A stretch of DNA of 64,000 bases from Eubacteriales bacterium. Lineage in GTDB: Bacteria > Bacillota > Clostridia > Oscillospirales > CAG-382. Shown here piece after piece: positions 59,691-64,000 of the stretch. The position numbers and the translations under genes were made by a program. The stretch's first letter is position 1; each line of letters starts with the position of its first letter. Below the pieces are notes generated by a model. The model was not told where the DNA came from and made no database searches. It saw only the letters and a program-made list of their open reading frames with translations. The stretch lies in assembly GCA_045544855.1 (NCBI GenBank), contig JAZPZV010000023.1, forward strand, positions 2,401-66,400, written 5' to 3'.

Positions 59691-60183
59691 GCGGGGGATA
59701 CGGTTTGATTTTCCACCGTTTTCGTTTCGTGCCCGTAGGGGTTGACGTCCACGGCAACCCGCATTGCGGGGGATGCGGTTTGGTTTTCCACCGATCTGCG
59801 CTCGTGTTCGTAGGGGTTGACGCCCACGGCAACCCGCATTGCGGGAGATGCGGTTTGGTTTTCCACCGATCTGCGCTCGGGTTCGTAGGGGTTGACGCCC
59901 ACGGCAACCCGCATTGCGGGGGATACGGTTTGATTTTCCATCGTTTTCGTTTCGTGTCCGTAGGGGTTGACATCCACGGCAACCCGCATTGCGGGGGAGG
60001 CGGGTTGATTATCCATCGTTCTTGTTTCGTGTCCGTAGGGGTTGACGTCCACGGCAACCCGCATTGCGGGGGATGTGGTTTGATTTTCCACCGATCTGCG
60101 CTCGGGTTCGTAGGGGTTGACGTCCACGGCAACCCGCATTGCGGGAGAGGCGGTTTGATTCTTCGCCGTTCTTGTTTCGTGCT
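59691..60183. repeat. 75-bp tandem repeat array (6 conserved 37-bp REP-like cores and 7 related 38-bp intervening segments)
   Basis: Core CGTAGGGGTTGACRYCCACGGCAACCCGCATTGCGGG starts at 59734, 59809, 59884, 59959, 60034 and 60109. Confidence 0.92.
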
Positions 60184-60332
60184 TACGGTTTCTCCCGAGC
60201 GTGTGGCAAAGATTTCCCGCCTGTGAGCCGTTTTTCCGCCGAACCGATCCGTTTTTTCGATTTTATGGAATGAAAAACGAATTTTGCTAAGGATTTCCGC
60301 CACTTTTCGGCAGAAAAATCCGCCGTTTCCAC

Positions 60333-60361
60333 TTGACAAAGAAAAGGGGAAGTAGTATAAT
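60333..60361 (+). promoter_or_regulatory. Consensus SigA promoter of the hydrogenase operon
   Basis: Perfect TTGACA-N17-TATAAT. Confidence 0.8.
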
Positions 60362-60479
60362 GAGACCCGTAAAGAAAGATTCTGTCGAACGGCCTCGGTT
60401 GCGTGGTCGCTTTTTGTGCGTAACGGGTTGGGCGGCAGAGCCACGGTTTCTGAAAAACATTATGCAGGAGGATAAGCAA

Positions 60480-60956
60480 ATGGCACTTACCCAGGAACAA
60501 ATCGCAAGCAAGACGGAAGACCTGAAAGCTTACATTGCTGCGCATAAGGACATCGACGGCCCTCTCATGCCGATCATGCAGTACGCGCAGGAGTCTTTCA
60601 GCTACCTGTCTATGGAAACGATGACGCTCATCGCCGATTCGTTGGGCATCCCCGTTACCGACGTTTACGGTATCGCAACCTTCTACGCACAGTTCTCTCT
60701 CAAACCCAAGGGTGACTACGTTATCCAGGTTTGCCAGGGTACTGCATGCTACGTTAAGGGCGCGGCAGCCGTATTGGACGAGGTGAAGGACATTCTCGGC
60801 ATCCAGTCCGGTGAGACCACGGAGGACGGCAAGTTCTCTATTCAGGATACCCGCTGCCTCGGCTGCTGCGGTCTGGCTCCCGTTATGACCGTCAACGCCG
60901 ACGTTTACGGCCGTATCACCCCCGACGACGTCAAGGGCATTCTGGAAAAGTATTGA
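60480..60956 (+). CDS. hydC: [FeFe]-hydrogenase subunit gamma (NuoE-like, [2Fe-2S])
   Basis: ATFYAQF, VCQGTACYVKG, RCLGCCGLAP; AGGAGG RBS before ATG 60480. Confidence 0.9.
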   Translation: MALTQEQIASKTEDLKAYIAAHKDIDGPLMPIMQYAQESFSYLSMETMTLIADSLGIPVTDVYGIATFYAQFSLKPKGDYVIQVCQGTACYVKGAAAVLDEVKDILGIQSGETTEDGKFSIQDTRCLGCCGLAPVMTVNADVYGRITPDDVKGILEKY

Positions 60957-61008
60957 TCTTTTCACGGAAAAATGCGATTTCTAAAAATTACAGGAAGGGT
61001 TTAATTGT

Positions 61009-62886
61009 ATGAATCTTGAACAACTTGCTCAAATTCGTGAAGCAGGCCGTGCGACCGTAGAGCTGCGTAAGGCTACCGGTATCCCCGGCACCGGCATGCA
61101 TCACATCATGATCTGCGGCGGTACCGGTTGTGCTTCTGCAGGCTCCAATAAACTGAAGGACATTTTCGAGTCCGAGGCAGAGCGTCTCGGCATCGGCGAT
61201 CAGATCAAGGTAGTTCTCACCGGCTGCTTCGGTCTGTGTGCGCTGGGCCCCATCGTCATCGTTTACCCTGAAGGCACCTTCTACAGCCAGGTTCAGGCTG
61301 AGGACGTTCCCGAGATCGTGGAAAGCCACCTGAAGGGCGGCGTTCCGGTTGCCCGTCTGGTATACGAGGACATCGGTGATCTGAAGCTGGAGGAGGGCCA
61401 CTCTCCCACGCTGTTCGACACCACCTTCTATCACAAGCAGGTTCGTCTGGCGCTCCGTAACTGCGGCGCCATCAACCCCGAGGATATCAACGAGTACATC
61501 GCAGTAGAGGGCTACCAGGCTCTTGCAAAGGCACTTACCGAGATGACTCCCGACGAAGTCATCCAGACCGTGTTGGATTCCGGTTTGCGCGGCAGAGGCG
61601 GCGCAGGCTTCCCCACCGGCAGAAAGTGGATGTTCGCAAAGGGTCCCGCTCCCAAGAAGTACGTTGTATGTAACGCCGACGAGGGCGACCCCGGTGCCTT
61701 CATGGACCGTTCCATTCTGGAGGGCGACCCCCACACCGTTATCGAGGCTATGGCCATCGCAGGCTACGCCATCGGTGCAGACGAGGGTTACGTATACGTT
61801 CGTGCAGAGTACCCCATCGCAGTCAGACGTTTGCAGAAGGCCATCGATCAGGCCCGCGAGGTAGGTCTGCTGGGTAAGAACATTCTGGGTACCGGCTTCA
61901 ACTTCGATATGCAGATCCGTCTGGGCGCAGGCGCATTCGTCTGCGGCGAGGAGACCGCACTGCTGACCTCTATCGAGGGCAACCGCGGCGAACCCCGTCC
62001 CCGTCCTCCCTTCCCCGCAGTGAAGGGTCTGTTCGGCAAGCCCACCGTTATCAACAACGTTGAGACCTACGCCAACATCTGCCAGATCATCCGTAAGGGT
62101 GCAGACTGGTTCAAGGCTACCGGCACCGAGACCTCTACCGGCACCAAGGTATTCGCTCTGGGCGGTAAGATCAAGCACACCGGTCTGGTAGAAGTTCCCA
62201 TGGGTATCACCCTCCGCGAGATCATCTACGATATCGGTGGCGGTATCCCCAACGGCAAGAAGTTTAAGGCGGCTCAGACCGGTGGTCCTTCCGGCGGCTG
62301 TATCCCCGCTATCAATCTGGACACTCCCGTTGACTTCAACTCTCTGATGGCCATCGGCTCCATGATGGGCTCCGGCGGTATGATCATCATGGACGAAGAC
62401 AACTGTATGGTTGACATCGCTAAGTTCTTCCTGGAATTCACCGTTGACGAATCCTGCGGTAAGTGCGTTCCCTGCCGTCTGGGTACCAGAAGAATGCTGG
62501 ACATCCTGACCCGTATCACCGAGGGTGAAGGTCAGGACGGCGATATCGAGAAGCTGGAAGCTCTGGCAGAGGATCTGAAGACCTCCGCGCTCTGCGCACT
62601 GGGTCAGACCGCTCCCAACCCCGTAGTTTCCACTCTCCGTTACTTCCGCGACGAGTACGAGGCTCACATCTACGAGAAGCGTTGCCCCGCAGGTGCATGT
62701 AAGGCCCTGCTGCAATACACCATCGATCCCGAGAAGTGCAAGGGCTGTTCCCTCTGCGCACGCAAGTGTCCCGCAGGCGCTATCACGGGCGAGATCAAGA
62801 AACCCTACACCATCGATCCTGCCAAGTGTATCAAGTGCGGCGTTTGCGAAGCTACTTGTAAGTTCGGCGCGATCAGCAAGAAATAA
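61009..62886 (+). CDS. hydB: [FeFe]-hydrogenase subunit beta (NuoF-like, FMN/NADH binding)
   Basis: N-terminal thioredoxin-like [2Fe-2S], GRGGAGFP, NADEGDPGAFM, GAFVCGEET, GGPSGG, ESCGKCVPCR, C-terminal 2x[4Fe-4S]. Confidence 0.92.
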   Translation: MNLEQLAQIREAGRATVELRKATGIPGTGMHHIMICGGTGCASAGSNKLKDIFESEAERLGIGDQIKVVLTGCFGLCALGPIVIVYPEGTFYSQVQAEDVPEIVESHLKGGVPVARLVYEDIGDLKLEEGHSPTLFDTTFYHKQVRLALRNCGAINPEDINEYIAVEGYQALAKALTEMTPDEVIQTVLDSGLRGRGGAGFPTGRKWMFAKGPAPKKYVVCNADEGDPGAFMDRSILEGDPHTVIEAMAIAGYAIGADEGYVYVRAEYPIAVRRLQKAIDQAREVGLLGKNILGTGFNFDMQIRLGAGAFVCGEETALLTSIEGNRGEPRPRPPFPAVKGLFGKPTVINNVETYANICQIIRKGADWFKATGTETSTGTKVFALGGKIKHTGLVEVPMGITLREIIYDIGGGIPNGKKFKAAQTGGPSGGCIPAINLDTPVDFNSLMAIGSMMGSGGMIIMDEDNCMVDIAKFFLEFTVDESCGKCVPCRLGTRRMLDILTRITEGEGQDGDIEKLEALAEDLKTSALCALGQTAPNPVVSTLRYFRDEYEAHIYEKRCPAGACKALLQYTIDPEKCKGCSLCARKCPAGAITGEIKKPYTIDPAKCIKCGVCEATCKFGAISKK

Positions 62887-62903
62887 GGGGAGGAGAAACA
62901 GAC

Positions 62904-64000
62904 ATGGAAAATATGGTAACTCTGACCATCGACGGCGTACAGGTAACTGTTCCGTCTACTTATACCGTTCTTGATGCCGCAAGAGAAGCGGGCATCAACA
63001 TTCCCACCCTTTGCTACCTGAAGGACGTAAACGCCATCGGCGCATGCCGTCTGTGCGTTGTTGAGATCCAGGGTGCAAGAGGTCTGCAGGCAGCCTGCGT
63101 TTCCCCCGTTGCAGAGGGACAGGTGGTTTGCACCAACAACGAGAAGCTGAGAAAGTCCAGAAAGACCAACCTGGAGCTGATCCTGTCCAACCACAACCGC
63201 GAGTGCACCTCCTGCGTACGTAGCGGCAACTGTGAGCTGCAGAAGCTCTGTCTGGAGTACGGCGTTGACGAGTACCGTTTCGACGGTTCTCTCTCCAGCG
63301 AGATGTACGACGACGTCAGCCCCTCTCTGGTGCGTGACAACTCCAAGTGTATCAACTGCCGCCGTTGCGTTGCGGCTTGTAAGAATATGCAGGGCATCGG
63401 TGCCATCGGCGTTTCCGGCAGAGGCTTCAAGGCTGAGGTCGGCTGCGTTTACGGCGAGAGCCTGGCAGACAGCCCCTGCGTATACTGCGGCCAGTGTATC
63501 CTGGCTTGCCCCGTTGGCGCTCTGAAGGAAAAGGACAGCATCCGGGACGTTTACGCCGCATTCGCTGCAGGCAAGCACGTTGTGGTTCAGCCCGCTCCCG
63601 CAGTCCGCGCTACCATCGGCGAGGAATTCGGCTATCCCGTTGGCACCTCCGTCACCGGTAAGCTGGCTACCGCTTTGCGCCGTCTGGGCTTCGCAAAGGT
63701 ATTTGACACCGACTTCGGCGCAGACCTGACCATTATGGAAGAGGGCACCGAGCTTCTGGGCAGAATCCAGAACGGCGGCGCACTTCCCATGATCACCTCC
63801 TGCTCTCCCGGTTGGATCAACTACTGTGAGACCTTCTACCCCGAATTCATCCCCAACCTGTCTTCCTGCAAGTCTCCCCACGAGATGGAAGGCGCTATGA
63901 TCAAGACCTACTACGCCGAGAAGGCAGGCATTGATCCCAAGGACATCTACGTTGTTTCCGTTATGCCCTGTACCGCTAAGAAGTACGAGGCACAGCGCCC
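62904..64000 (+). CDS. hydA: [FeFe]-hydrogenase catalytic subunit alpha (truncated at window end; absent from the ORF track)
   Basis: Manual translation: MENMVTLTIDG...IPTLCY...GACRLC...H.REC..C...C, H-cluster motifs TSCSPGW and MPCTAKKYE; GGAGG RBS. Confidence 0.92.
   Translation, partial: MENMVTLTIDGVQVTVPSTYTVLDAAREAGINIPTLCYLKDVNAIGACRLCVVEIQGARGLQAACVSPVAEGQVVCTNNEKLRKSRKTNLELILSNHNRECTSCVRSGNCELQKLCLEYGVDEYRFDGSLSSEMYDDVSPSLVRDNSKCINCRRCVAACKNMQGIGAIGVSGRGFKAEVGCVYGESLADSPCVYCGQCILACPVGALKEKDSIRDVYAAFAAGKHVVVQPAPAVRATIGEEFGYPVGTSVTGKLATALRRLGFAKVFDTDFGADLTIMEEGTELLGRIQNGGALPMITSCSPGWINYCETFYPEFIPNLSSCKSPHEMEGAMIKTYYAEKAGIDPKDIYVVSVMPCTAKKYEAQR

Noticed and set aside
59691-60183. CRISPR array (37-bp repeat, 38-bp spacer)
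   Set aside because: Spacers are homologous to one another (two recurring types) rather than unique, there are no cas genes in the window, and the core looks like a GTAG-type REP.
58771-60444. ORFs running through the 75-bp array (557, 165 and 173 aa)
   Set aside because: The period is a multiple of 3, so frames stay open trivially; the longest overlaps the LRR gene and the hyd promoter antisense, and none has a convincing RBS.

Overview
A 64-kb chromosomal window from a spore-forming anaerobe, inferred to be Bacillota/Clostridia and Oscillospirales-like from cotJABC, dockerins, ruvCAB, the ecf-truA locus and a trimeric [FeFe]-hydrogenase. It is GC-rich for a clostridium (visually about 55-60%). 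Most genes are housekeeping: polA, asnB, uraA-upp, rsmF, thrS, mscL, a Clp ATPase, pgsA, truA, ecfT/ecfA, ruvCAB and hydCBA. These are interspersed with many secreted or surface proteins. The most notable observations are: (1) an AT-rich left end (1-1680) whose genes are delimited by a recurring AAAT-N4-ATTT-(a)TCGAAC site in direct and inverted orientation, resembling a gene-cassette array or an invertible promoter; (2) three dockerin-bearing proteins, none a cellulase (LRR/Cys-His repeat adhesin, zincin-MORN protease, CHAP-like enzyme), with the same dockerin signature; (3) a CRISPR-sized 75-bp tandem array of GTAG-hairpin REP-like units upstream of the hydrogenase promoter; (4) a tandem pair of Fic genes with nested palindromes in the HTH linker; (5) an intact but catalytically dead P-type ATPase and a dead M23 domain; (6) several multi-hairpin REP/MITE-like intergenic elements. 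No rRNA, tRNA, cas gene, integrase or transposase was recognised. All calls come from motif reading by eye; no database searches were run.
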